From positions 96,001 through 160,000 of IMG/VR virus record IMGVR_UViG_3300023283_000076: 64,000 bases of DNA. One strand, 5' to 3'. Position numbers and translations under genes: made by a program. Within the stretch, counting starts at the first letter, position 1; every line of letters begins with the position of its first letter. The DNA is from a virus. Its lineage: Duplodnaviria > Caudoviricetes. Below are positions 8,348 through 18,008 of this stretch, piece by piece. The notes below the pieces were generated by a model that worked only from the letters and a program-made list of their open reading frames with translations, made no database searches and was not told the DNA's origin.

Positions 8348-9265
8348 ATGAAGATATTATTAGAATTACAACAAATAATAAATGAATCTAAAGTTCCATC
8401 TATAACATTACAACAAGCTAAAGACAATAATTTATTTGGTCCGGTATATCATGGGACTGATGAAAGTGGTCGAGATAAAATAGCCAAGGATGGGTTTAGG
8501 GTTATAATGAATCGTAAAGATGCGAGGCATGGGTATCCAGATCAGCCTTATTATGGTAGGTTACCCCCGCCCATTCATCATTTGGGATATGGTGTATATT
8601 TTACTACTGTTAAAGCCATTGGTAAAAAATTTAATGACAATTCTACAAAGGGATTGGAACAATATTATTTAGATATTCCTAATTTAGAGGTCATTAATTT
8701 TGCTGCACCTAGGACGATGATGAAATGGTGGCAAGAAAACGGATATGATTTTGATCCTTCTGTAAAGGATCGTGAAGCTGAGAGAATTCGCGCTACTAAA
8801 AAAATGACAGATAATTTAGCATCGAAATATGATGCTGTATTATTTAAAGGAAAGACAATTCACAAGGTTTTGGATGGTAATCAAATATGTGTATTTGATC
8901 CTTCAAATAAAATATACAGGATAGATAATTCATCTATTCAAGACATAGAGGTTGGTGCTAAAGTAAGATTCTCTATGGATTTGGATGAGGCCAAAAAGTT
9001 AATTTTGAAAAATATAAATACTATCCGTCAAAAAGTTAATCCTTCGGGAATGTTATCCATGGATGATATCACGGTAAGAGAAGAGAAAGATTTCTGGAAT
9101 ATAAGTAACATATTACATGTTCCCAAGGATCCCAAGAATTGGGGAACTATTATAGATTCTAGAAGTAGTCCGAAAGGATTATATAATATATCATTTGATA
9201 TTAAATGGAAGAAGGGCGGTACCAAGTTTGGTTATCTCAAGCCGATGTTAGAATTACATAAATGA
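8348..9265 (+). CDS. ADP-ribosyltransferase-like protein (ART-PolyVal-like)
   Basis: VYHGT...GYGVYFT...YDAVLF...NQICVFDP motif series. Confidence 0.7.
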   Translation: MKILLELQQIINESKVPSITLQQAKDNNLFGPVYHGTDESGRDKIAKDGFRVIMNRKDARHGYPDQPYYGRLPPPIHHLGYGVYFTTVKAIGKKFNDNSTKGLEQYYLDIPNLEVINFAAPRTMMKWWQENGYDFDPSVKDREAERIRATKKMTDNLASKYDAVLFKGKTIHKVLDGNQICVFDPSNKIYRIDNSSIQDIEVGAKVRFSMDLDEAKKLILKNINTIRQKVNPSGMLSMDDITVREEKDFWNISNILHVPKDPKNWGTIIDSRSSPKGLYNISFDIKWKKGGTKFGYLKPMLELHK

Positions 9266-9275
9266 TATATAAGCC

Positions 9276-9992
9276 ATGGATATTAAAAAACTAATTGAAA
9301 TAATTGAACCCAGAGTTAGTGATAAAAACATATCTAAAGATTTTACATCTGACGATGATAAAAAGATACAACAATCATTACAAAAGAGAGAATTAGGTTC
9401 TGGAAATTATTCTTCGGTTGCGCCTGATCGTGGTGATTCACATATGGTAAAGAAAACCTCTTATGGTTATTTAGACTCTGACAGAGAGGATCCATATTGG
9501 TTATATGTTAATCATATTATTAAAAATAAATTATGGGAGAATCCATATTTTCCTAGAATATATAAGCAGCGTAACGTGAAAGACTCTTCTGGTCATGTTG
9601 TCAAGCGTGCTCAAATGGAAAAGCTGGAACCGGTATCCGTATTATCTGATGAAGAATTGAAAGCCTTATTTCATAAAGTTTTAGGGATTTCTGACTATGA
9701 TAAATGGGCAAAAAGAACTGATAATATTGATAAGAATGTTAAAGATGTTGTAATAAATACAATATTGGATATAACGGAAGATGTCATAAAAACGGGTTCA
9801 TATAAAACATTTGCAACGTTTGCTATTGATGAATCTGATATTGATGACAATTTTAAAAGGGCATTAAATATATTATATAACTTATCTAAAACGGATAATA
9901 TATTTATGGGGCTTGATCTTTACGAGGATAATGTTATGGTTCGACGTGGTAAATATGGTTCACAATTAGTATTCACAGATATATTTGCATGA
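9276..9992 (+). CDS. Protein-kinase-like fold protein
   Basis: LGSGNYSSV G-loop, VKK, NPYFPRIY, MEKLE, DLYEDNVM catalytic loop, TD. Confidence 0.75.
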   Translation: MDIKKLIEIIEPRVSDKNISKDFTSDDDKKIQQSLQKRELGSGNYSSVAPDRGDSHMVKKTSYGYLDSDREDPYWLYVNHIIKNKLWENPYFPRIYKQRNVKDSSGHVVKRAQMEKLEPVSVLSDEELKALFHKVLGISDYDKWAKRTDNIDKNVKDVVINTILDITEDVIKTGSYKTFATFAIDESDIDDNFKRALNILYNLSKTDNIFMGLDLYEDNVMVRRGKYGSQLVFTDIFA

Positions 9993-10906
9993 AAATACAA
10001 AATATTTTTTTAACAGAAGCCATTTCTCCGATAGTGTTTCATCACACAAATTTGAGAAATTTATATGATATATTAACCAATAACAGAATAGAACTATCCC
10101 CCGGCGGTTTCACAAAAGATGTAGAAGTTCAGAAAGGTAAGGGAGGATATTTTTTATCTACTTCCAGAACTAGAACTGGAGGGTTCCATGTTACAAAACT
10201 CACCGGTGCATTAATAAAGTTAGATGGTAAAAAGCTATCGAATAATCTTGCTGGTAAAGCCATGGACTATTATCCTGATCATATGCGCCAATATAATCCT
10301 AGAGGTTTTGAACAAGAGGATCGTATATTTTCTCATAAACCTGTAATAGAAAACATTCAAAAATATATATTAAGGATTGACATTCTTATTTCCGATAATG
10401 TTGGGAGTGATATGTTTAAAAAGTATATCAATCAATTAGCATATATGGCGTATTCATTTGGAAAGAAGAATAACATTGATGTAAACATTTATGATAATAA
10501 AAAGAGTTTTATCAGTGGGTCAAATAATACGTTATCTTTTGAAGATATAAAGAAATTAAATACTAAAGACAAGACTGCCACGGAGGATAACAGGCGAAGT
10601 ATTAGTAAAAATGAATTAGATGAATTACGATTCATATATAAAGCACTTGCTTTCGATGATTTTAATAGATTATCTTCTAAAGAACAGGATACTATGAAAA
10701 AATATTTAAGATATTTTGAATCTGAAAAAAACAATCCGGGTGGTTTGATTACCACGCTTCATAACGTCACAAATACTCCCAAGGCTAAAAACATATTACA
10801 TAAAATATATGAAAAGATGAGGGGTTATGGTATAAAAAATATTAATCCTCAAAAAATTACTAAAGCCATTTATATAAAATGGAAACATATATTAGGTCCA
10901 GTTTAA
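9989..10906 (+). CDS. ADP-ribosyltransferase-like protein (tentative)
   Basis: VFHHT...YFLSTSR...EQEDRI, consistent with an H-S-E ART core. Confidence 0.5.
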   Translation: MKIQNIFLTEAISPIVFHHTNLRNLYDILTNNRIELSPGGFTKDVEVQKGKGGYFLSTSRTRTGGFHVTKLTGALIKLDGKKLSNNLAGKAMDYYPDHMRQYNPRGFEQEDRIFSHKPVIENIQKYILRIDILISDNVGSDMFKKYINQLAYMAYSFGKKNNIDVNIYDNKKSFISGSNNTLSFEDIKKLNTKDKTATEDNRRSISKNELDELRFIYKALAFDDFNRLSSKEQDTMKKYLRYFESEKNNPGGLITTLHNVTNTPKAKNILHKIYEKMRGYGIKNINPQKITKAIYIKWKHILGPV

Positions 10907-10976
10907 TTTTTTAACTTGACAATTTTTAGAATAGATACTATTATGTTACTTAATAATTGTAAAGAGGTATATTATT

Positions 10977-11219
10977 ATGGATAGTAAACAATTTAATAGA
11001 ATAAGGTCTAATGCATTAGATGAAGCATCTATGGAACACAGAAACCAAACGTTAAAAATAAATAAAATCACAAAAGAGTTAGATGAAGCGGGAGACATTA
11101 TTAATTCATTGATTGATAATTATGCGTTAAGAGAGAATGGTGTTTTTTTGCCTTATTCGAAGCAGCCAACTGAAATTCAGTCTGCGATAGATTTTGTAAC
11201 TGAGGTTACAAGTAATTAA
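10977..11219 (+). CDS. Hypothetical protein
   Basis: TTGACA/TACTAT promoter and GAGG RBS. Confidence 0.65.
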   Translation: MDSKQFNRIRSNALDEASMEHRNQTLKINKITKELDEAGDIINSLIDNYALRENGVFLPYSKQPTEIQSAIDFVTEVTSN

Positions 11220-11453
11220 GACAGGGTACAATAGTATTACGGCGAATGGAATTGGATAATATTAAAGGATATTTAATATGAAAAGAAAGCATCATGATGA
11301 AATAGTGGAAGAGAGTTATAGAGAAAAAGTTTTGGGGCCTCGGGCTAGAAATGTTGGAAAATCTAGGACTAAAAGTAAAAAGCACAAGAGGCCATCTTGC
11401 TCTATGTTACTTAAAAGTGCAATGAGAAAAGTTATGATAAAATAGTTATTCTT

Positions 11454-12164
11454 TTAGAGTTCAGATAAGTCTTTAACTGAATTTATTTTATTTTCAAACG
11501 CGACACATGCTTCACCACGATCTTTTAATAATTTTTCAAAATCTCTAAAGCGTATATACGCAATACCATGAAAGCCCCATGTAGAACCCCAAGAATTTTT
11601 AATTCTAAATAGTTCTTTATCCATATTTACGCCATTGAGAAGATATGCATGTCCTCCTGCGTTTCTTCCGGAAGGTCGTATTATATGCTGGGCACTGGTG
11701 GGATGATTCATTCCATCCGTCCATTTGGTACCAACAACCATAGGCCCCAGATATAACAAAGAATTAATAACATCATCTATAGTCTGAGCCCACCTATATT
11801 CTTTTACTATTCCCAATTTTTGAAACGTTTTGGCCCCTGCTCTAACTGTAGTTCCCTCATAATTAACGCCTTGTATATCATCATTTTGTTTAAATATTTC
11901 ATATAGTTGTGTAGTATCATATATTGGTTTTTGTCGGCCTACAATAGTATCTTGAATGACTGGACCATCTTCAAACCAATGTGACCAGCTATATGCCACG
12001 CATTCAGAACTTGCGCCCTGATTTCCTGTCCATCCATCAGCCCACCAAAATTTTTCCTTAATACTGGGCATATCAACAGTTTGTATAACTTCATTTACCG
12101 GGAAATTTAAATCCCTACTATCTTCTTTGTAAATTCTACCAAACCATGGCATTTCCTGACTCAT
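11454..12164 (-). CDS. Papain-like cysteine peptidase (C1 family)
   Basis: NQG...CVAYS, GGHAYLLNG, IKNSWGSTWG (Gln/Cys/His/Asn). Confidence 0.9.
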   Translation of the reverse strand: MSQEMPWFGRIYKEDSRDLNFPVNEVIQTVDMPSIKEKFWWADGWTGNQGASSECVAYSWSHWFEDGPVIQDTIVGRQKPIYDTTQLYEIFKQNDDIQGVNYEGTTVRAGAKTFQKLGIVKEYRWAQTIDDVINSLLYLGPMVVGTKWTDGMNHPTSAQHIIRPSGRNAGGHAYLLNGVNMDKELFRIKNSWGSTWGFHGIAYIRFRDFEKLLKDRGEACVAFENKINSVKDLSEL

Positions 12165-12198
12165 AATTCAAATTCCGTTAAGTTATTGTTTGTTGTAT

Positions 12199-12825
12199 TT
12201 ATCTCTTTTTATTTTGAGATGTTTTATATTTTGTTATGGCTTTATCATGGTTTATTTTTAATGTTTCCAACAAAGAAGCATAATCTTGTGGAAGTTCTAA
12301 TGTTTGCATTTTGAAAGTGGTCACAACATTATCTTTTTCGGAGCCGAATAAATATCTTAGATATGATGGGGTAATTTTAGGTTCATACGCTACAAAAACT
12401 ATACTACCATTTTCTAATTTATTTTGATAACTATGTGCAGCACTGAGGCGCGTGAGAACAACTTCTTTTAGATTACTTCCATTTCCGGTTCTAGCGTCAT
12501 ATGACTTTAATTTTGTTATCAAGGGATATATTTTTTTATATACTGGGGCTTTTTCAGATAATGGCTTCCAGTACGGTACGTCCATACAACGCATTAATAA
12601 AGATGTTAATTTAACTCGTGATGCTTCATGTATTCTATCTATTACAGAAGGTGATATGGTGGATAATTTATTGGCAGTAGTAACTACAATATCAACAGCA
12701 TTAACTCGCCGTTTAATTTTTTTCCATTCATTATACATTTGATTTATTATATCAATGGAATATTTAATTTCTTTATTCGCAGTTTTTTCTGCTTCCATTA
12801 AGGAAAATTCTTTAAATAGCTTCAT
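12199..12825 (-). CDS. Probable late/virion-associated protein
   Basis: N-terminus MKLFKEFSLMEA; ATAAATA-type site upstream. Confidence 0.65.
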   Translation of the reverse strand: MKLFKEFSLMEAEKTANKEIKYSIDIINQMYNEWKKIKRRVNAVDIVVTTANKLSTISPSVIDRIHEASRVKLTSLLMRCMDVPYWKPLSEKAPVYKKIYPLITKLKSYDARTGNGSNLKEVVLTRLSAAHSYQNKLENGSIVFVAYEPKITPSYLRYLFGSEKDNVVTTFKMQTLELPQDYASLLETLKINHDKAITKYKTSQNKKR

Positions 12826-12875
12826 TCTATTATAAAATACATAAATATTTTTATCTAACAGGTATTTATAGTACT

Positions 12876-13160
12876 ATGAGCACATTTAAAACACTTACGG
12901 AAGAGGAATCGAAAAAGGTTTCGGCAATTAAGCCAAAAATTTATGAAGCGGTGGCCGCTAAACAAATGAATGAAATGGTTCCTTGTGACAAAAACAACCC
13001 CGCAAACTATGGCGGGGTAAATTTCTTTTTTTATCATGACAGTAATGGATCTTACATAATGTGGGATAAGCATGTAAACGAATGGAATGAAAAAGCCATA
13101 ATGCGTGATATATATGAGCAAGAACACTACATTGCAAAGTTAAAGGGATTAGTTGATTAA
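12876..13160 (+). CDS. Hypothetical protein
   Basis: ORF with phage-like codon use. Confidence 0.6.
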   Translation: MSTFKTLTEEESKKVSAIKPKIYEAVAAKQMNEMVPCDKNNPANYGGVNFFFYHDSNGSYIMWDKHVNEWNEKAIMRDIYEQEHYIAKLKGLVD

Positions 13161-13345
13161 AGTTAAAATAATCCAATATAATCCCACTGGCCACATTATC
13201 CCTGATTGTAATGCTTCTTTAAGATCCTTAGTTTGATACAATACAATGCTAAAAGCTATAATAGTTCCAGCGGTCCATATCGCCAATAATATTAACAGTA
13301 TTGTTATAATTAATTCTAAATTCATTTATATTACCTTATTTTTTA

Positions 13346-13672
13346 TTAACTTACTAAATGTATTCCGCTAACCATTTCTCGATATTGTTTTTGTATATCT
13401 TTAGTAGGTCTAGCAGCGAACAATATATCCCTTTCATGTAAGTTGAGCATTGCATCTTTTGGGTCTCCTTCCATCATTAGACTCAGCGCATGCAAACCTG
13501 TAGCCAATTCTCCATTCTCATCTCTTTGCATTTGAATCAAGAATGGTGATGTAACCGTGAAACTATCAATATTTGATTTTTTTATTAGTTTATCTGCCAC
13601 ATCACCATCAACTTTGCATATAATTTCTGCAAAGCTAGCACTTAACTTTAATAATATTACTTCATCTTTCAT
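13346..13672 (-). CDS. Hypothetical protein (Sm/SH3-like phage family, tentative)
   Basis: ORF directly downstream of guaC with AGGAG RBS. Confidence 0.65.
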   Translation of the reverse strand: MKDEVILLKLSASFAEIICKVDGDVADKLIKKSNIDSFTVTSPFLIQMQRDENGELATGLHALSLMMEGDPKDAMLNLHERDILFAARPTKDIQKQYREMVSGIHLVS

Positions 13673-13683
13673 TTTTTTCTCCT

Positions 13684-14775
13684 TTAGTTTCCTATTGTAT
13701 TTGATTCGTTTATTGTATTATGCGTGTTATTTACTTTAATAAAAGTTGTACGTTTAGGTAGTTCTTTTATTTTATTTGCTCCCACATATGTACAGCAGCT
13801 ACGTATACCACCCAATATATCTTTAATTACAGTTTCAGTTGGTCCAGTTAATGGTATTAAAGCAGTTCTACCCTCACTACTACGATAATCTTTTAACCCA
13901 GTTCCATATTTATCCTGTGCAGTTTTAGATGACATACCATAATATACTCCATAGGTTACTGTTTTTCCATTTTCTGAAACGGTAGTTTTTTTGCAATCAG
14001 CTTCATTAGTACCAGCAAAGAATGAGCCAGACATAATAATATCTGCACCGGCACCAAATGCTTTTGCAAAATCTCCAACGTGAACACACCCACCATCTGA
14101 TATAATATGTCCCCCCAAACCATGGGCAGCGTCAGAACATGCATGTATTGCTGAAAGCTGGGGATACCCAACTCCAGCTTTCAGACGAGTGCTACATACG
14201 GAGCCATTTCCCACGCCTATTTTAACAACATCTGCTCCTGCGAAAATCAATGCTTCAGTCATATCAGGAGTAACTACATTTCCAGCGGTTATGACGGCAT
14301 TCGGAAAATCATCACGTATGCGCTTAATATGATCAACAAACTTTTCAGAATACCCATTGGCAACATCAATCATTATATTGGGTACTTCAGCGCTTAATTC
14401 TTTTCGCAAAAATGCGTTAACATCGTGGAGGATATTATAGGAATCATTATCTATGCCTATAGGAAAAAACATATGATCTAAATAATCATTAATTTTATTT
14501 TCCATTGAACGCAATTTTTTTATCCATTTATCAGTATCATGAAATTTATGTATTGTATATAAACAATTATAATTTTGTAATACATCTGCAACTCCGAATG
14601 TACCACATGTACCCATATTAGAATTCATTATTGGAATAGCGGTTATAGTCTTATTACTATGTTTAAAAGTCAATGATCGTTTAAGTGATACATCCTTTCT
14701 AGATTCTAATGCACTTCTCTTGGGACGTATCAAGACATCTGAAAAATCCAGCTTTACATCTTCTTCTATTCTCAT
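13684..14775 (-). CDS. guaC: GMP reductase
   Basis: KLDFSDVLIRPKRS, IDVANGYS, KIGVGNGSVCSTR..GVGYPQLSA, SDGG, YRSSEGRT. Confidence 0.95.
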   Translation of the reverse strand: MRIEEDVKLDFSDVLIRPKRSALESRKDVSLKRSLTFKHSNKTITAIPIMNSNMGTCGTFGVADVLQNYNCLYTIHKFHDTDKWIKKLRSMENKINDYLDHMFFPIGIDNDSYNILHDVNAFLRKELSAEVPNIMIDVANGYSEKFVDHIKRIRDDFPNAVITAGNVVTPDMTEALIFAGADVVKIGVGNGSVCSTRLKAGVGYPQLSAIHACSDAAHGLGGHIISDGGCVHVGDFAKAFGAGADIIMSGSFFAGTNEADCKKTTVSENGKTVTYGVYYGMSSKTAQDKYGTGLKDYRSSEGRTALIPLTGPTETVIKDILGGIRSCCTYVGANKIKELPKRTTFIKVNNTHNTINESNTIGN

Positions 14776-14848
14776 ATATCTTGTTCCTTTGTTGGAATAG
14801 CAATATTAATATCTTAAGCCTTTATTGTCAACATTTATACACAAATCA

Positions 14849-14856
14849 TATAAATA
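14849..14856 (+). promoter_or_regulatory. T4-type late promoter
   Basis: TATAAATA upstream of 14888. Confidence 0.75.
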
Positions 14857-14887
14857 AAGTGTAAATGAACTACAAAGGTAAGTCGAA

Positions 14888-15451
14888 ATGAGCGAACTTT
14901 ATAATATCATAACTGAATTTGATGTTAGAATGACGGATAATGAAGAAGATGATACCGAGAACACTGGACTAGATTTTGAAAAAGAATTCGGCCCTGATCG
15001 TCATGGTAAGAGTATGACAGGTGATGATGTTAATGGACGAGATGACATCGAGGGTATGGGATCATCTGAAAATGGTGAAATGTCCTTCGACAGTGACGAT
15101 GATTTTGGAATGAATTATGGTAGTAAAGACCCTGACGACAGTGAGGATTATGATAGTGAAGAAAATGATATGTTTGCTGGGGAAAAGAGAACTGATATAA
15201 CTCACAAACTTAAGCAGATGCTTAAAAATCGTGGTATGTACAAAGATCTAGAAAGTGACAACGATGGGGAAGGTAGTGAAGAGCTTCCTGATTTAGATGA
15301 TCTTGATCTAGATTTAAGTGCCGATAGCGATTATGAGGAAGATGATGAAGATCCAGATTTTGACTATAGTGCATTTTCCGATGAAAGAAAGTCAGATCCC
15401 GAATCTGATAAAGAAGATAACGAATTTAACTTCGGTCCGGGAAACAGATAA
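14888..15451 (+). CDS. Highly acidic low-complexity late protein
   Basis: D/E-rich ORF behind a late promoter. Confidence 0.75.
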   Translation: MSELYNIITEFDVRMTDNEEDDTENTGLDFEKEFGPDRHGKSMTGDDVNGRDDIEGMGSSENGEMSFDSDDDFGMNYGSKDPDDSEDYDSEENDMFAGEKRTDITHKLKQMLKNRGMYKDLESDNDGEGSEELPDLDDLDLDLSADSDYEEDDEDPDFDYSAFSDERKSDPESDKEDNEFNFGPGNR

Positions 15452-15478
15452 ATAAACATACAAAAGAGCAAAAATACT

Positions 15479-15880
15479 ATGAAAAATATTAATGTTTACA
15501 GTCTATTAGTTGAAGCTAAGGTTAATGATAATATCAATATAACTAAAAAGCAGTTCAACACTATACTCAAAGATATAAAGGAAGAAAAGGAGCTTTTTGA
15601 AACCCAATTCTCCGTTATAAATGAAGATCACAATATTGATACATCCGATATTAAAAAGGGATTCAGTAGGGCAGCAAAATCTTTGAAAGAAGCAAAAGCG
15701 CTAATTGAAGAGGCTGAAAAAAATAAGAGAAATAGTAATTTAAAGACTGCTAATGATCTTATAAAAAAAGCTCACAAGCACTTGAAATCTACTAAGAAGC
15801 TGTCTGAGAAAAATACAGAATCTTTTCATTCAGTTGTAACTATCGCTGAAAGTCTGGAGTCAGAAAGCAAAAATATATAA
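15479..15880 (+). CDS. Probable late/virion-associated helical protein
   Basis: N-terminus MKNINVYSLLVEA. Confidence 0.7.
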   Translation: MKNINVYSLLVEAKVNDNINITKKQFNTILKDIKEEKELFETQFSVINEDHNIDTSDIKKGFSRAAKSLKEAKALIEEAEKNKRNSNLKTANDLIKKAHKHLKSTKKLSEKNTESFHSVVTIAESLESESKNI

Positions 15881-15899
15881 TTTAACTATATAATTAATA

Positions 15900-15925
15900 A
15901 AAAGGGGGCGATGCCCCCTTTTTAT
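15900..15925. terminator. Bidirectional terminator
   Basis: A-run GGGGGC-GAT-GCCCCC T-run between convergent genes. Confidence 0.85.
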
Positions 15926-15944
15926 TTCCCTTTTTTATCATGCA

Positions 15945-16304
15945 TTAAAATAATTGTGAAGAGATTTCATCTGTACGTATTGATCGTCTAATTCCGTTAC
16001 CAGAGCGAAGATTGTAATATTTGGTCTTATAACTTCCCTTTTTAGCTGTGGGTTTTAAAAATTTATTTCGGCTAATAGACCAAATTTTGTTATTGGGATA
16101 CGCAATATAATTGGAATACCCCGGAATCGCCTTTGGCATAGGAACATCCGAATAACTATCTCCAGATGCTACTCTACGAACGGTGGACGGAGAGGATTTA
16201 TATTTCTTGGCAACCGCTGTAGTGCCAGTATTTTCAATGTTTACGGCGTGACGTATGTTACATACCTGATTAGTATTAAATTTTCTCATATAGTTTAACT
16301 CCAT
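15945..16304 (-). CDS. HTH plus NUMOD4-like DNA-binding protein
   Basis: SSPSTVRRVASG helix motif; IPGYSNY...NNKIWS NUMOD4-like; no HNH motif seen. Confidence 0.55.
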   Translation of the reverse strand: MELNYMRKFNTNQVCNIRHAVNIENTGTTAVAKKYKSSPSTVRRVASGDSYSDVPMPKAIPGYSNYIAYPNNKIWSISRNKFLKPTAKKGSYKTKYYNLRSGNGIRRSIRTDEISSQLF

Positions 16305-16391
16305 TAATTTAATTATATAATTTAATTATAGATCACCTATTGATCTATTTGAACCATTTTATATGTTTGAATACAATATGTCAACCTTGTT

Positions 16392-16694
16392 TTAAGTAGA
16401 TATTACAGTAATTCTATTTCCTACAAATCCACTAAATTTTTCTGCTGCTTGTATAGCAGTCCTAACTATATTCTCTCCATTTGAAACATCAATAGATTTA
16501 GTTGACATATGTTCAGATGCAACATGTAATGCACCAAGTGCGAATGACTGGCCACAACCAACACATGCAAAGGGCTCCTCAAATTCCATGACAGAGAAAT
16601 CATGTGATATGGTAAAAATATTATTTTCAAATGCTACAATGAACTCCCCGCCCGAAATTTCAGAAGCATCAGACTTTTTTATATACAAGTGATC
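16392..16694 (-). pseudogene. HslV/Ntn-hydrolase-like peptidase, 3' part (interrupted by IS)
   Basis: DHLYIKK...CVGCGQSFALGAL; in frame with 18009-18332 once the IS is removed. Confidence 0.8.
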
Positions 16695-18008
16695 TTGACA
16701 ACTCCCCTCGCTAAAGCAAGGGGATTCTTGTTTCACAGTCCTGTGCATTGCTCCATACAGGAGATTCAGTCTTATTTTGGACTCCACAAGCTAACTCCGT
16801 GTGCCCCACGGTTAAAATATTTTTAGCTGCATTAATATCTCGGTCATGTTCAACATGACACGATTCACAGCTAAATTTACGGACTGAAAGAGGCATTTTT
16901 GAATGCAAATGTCCACAACTGGAGCATGTTTTGGAACTAGGATACCATCGATTGACTTGATGGAATGTTCTGCCATACCATTCAGATTTATATTTCAGCA
17001 TGTCTACGAATGTTGACCATGCTGCATCTGAAATGGCTTTGCTCAATTTGCGGTTTTGAATCATGTTTTTAACAGCTAAGTCTTCTAATATGATCACTTG
17101 GTTCTCGTTGACAATATTAGAAGACAGTTTATGCAGAAAATCTTTCCTGCAATCAGCTATTTTAGCATGGACTCGTGCCACTTTCAGTTTTTGTTTCTTG
17201 AAGTTTTCACTTCCTTTTTGTTTCTTGCTTAAACGTCTTTGTTCAATTTTTAATTTCTGTGCATATTTTCTGGTGTTTCTCAGATTAGCAATCTTGTTTC
17301 CATTTGAATCAATCAGAAAATGTGTCAACCCAAGATCAATTCCAATCTTGTTTTGATTGACAGGTTTCAATTTCATGTCCTTCTCACCCTGAATAGAGAC
17401 GAAATATCTGTCAGCACTATCTTTTGAAACTGTGATTGAATTAATTTTTGACAAATCTAAGTCTCTTGACCATTTTATTTCTAATGGTTCTTTAGACTTT
17501 GCGATGTATAGCTTTCCGTCTTTAAAACGGAATCCACTATTGGTTAATCGAAATGATTGCTTTTTATGTCTATTTTTAAATTTTGGATATTTGGCTCTTC
17601 CCTTAAAGAAGTTAGAAAATGCAGTATCTAGATTGCGTAGTCCTTGTTGTAATGCCACATTACTTACATCATACAACCAGTCCAGTTCTTTTTTTAGCTC
17701 TGTGAGTTTTGCGCTCGTTTGATTATAATTAATTGAATTGTTATTTTGGTAATACTCATTGTGTCGGTATTCCAAAATATTGTTGTAGACAAATCGCACA
17801 CAGCCAAATGTCCGAGCGAGAAGTGTTTTCTGCTCATTGGTCGGATACACTCTATATTTGTATGCGATTTGTTGATTCAATTAATTGTTGCATATTTTTG
17901 TATTATACATCTATTTAGTAAATTTGACAAGTAGTAAATACTTTTGTCATATTATATTCTTTTAGAGTTTAACCCCTCCCTTAAGGAAGGGGTCTGTTTG
18001 TTTGGTTG
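16695..18008 (-). mobile_element. IS200/IS605-family TnpB-only element (IS1341-like), 1314 bp
   Basis: Inserted after TTGAT; left-end hairpin CCCCTTCC-TTAA-GGGAGGGG; right-end hairpin TCCCCTTGC-TTTA-GCGAGGGGA ending GTCAA; no target duplication; no tnpA. Confidence 0.93.
16711..17880 (-). CDS. tnpB: RNA-guided endonuclease TnpB
   Basis: AYKYRVYPT...FGCVRFVYN; GIDLG (RuvC-I), LEDL (RuvC-II), SSKTCSSCG/CESC Zn finger, DRDINAA (RuvC-III). Confidence 0.97.
   Translation of the reverse strand: MNQQIAYKYRVYPTNEQKTLLARTFGCVRFVYNNILEYRHNEYYQNNNSINYNQTSAKLTELKKELDWLYDVSNVALQQGLRNLDTAFSNFFKGRAKYPKFKNRHKKQSFRLTNSGFRFKDGKLYIAKSKEPLEIKWSRDLDLSKINSITVSKDSADRYFVSIQGEKDMKLKPVNQNKIGIDLGLTHFLIDSNGNKIANLRNTRKYAQKLKIEQRRLSKKQKGSENFKKQKLKVARVHAKIADCRKDFLHKLSSNIVNENQVIILEDLAVKNMIQNRKLSKAISDAAWSTFVDMLKYKSEWYGRTFHQVNRWYPSSKTCSSCGHLHSKMPLSVRKFSCESCHVEHDRDINAAKNILTVGHTELACGVQNKTESPVWSNAQDCETRIPLL

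Noticed and set aside
16695-18008. IStron (group I intron plus TnpB) that would splice out of the peptidase mRNA
   Set aside because: Only about 128 nt lie between the left end and the tnpB start, too short for a group I core.
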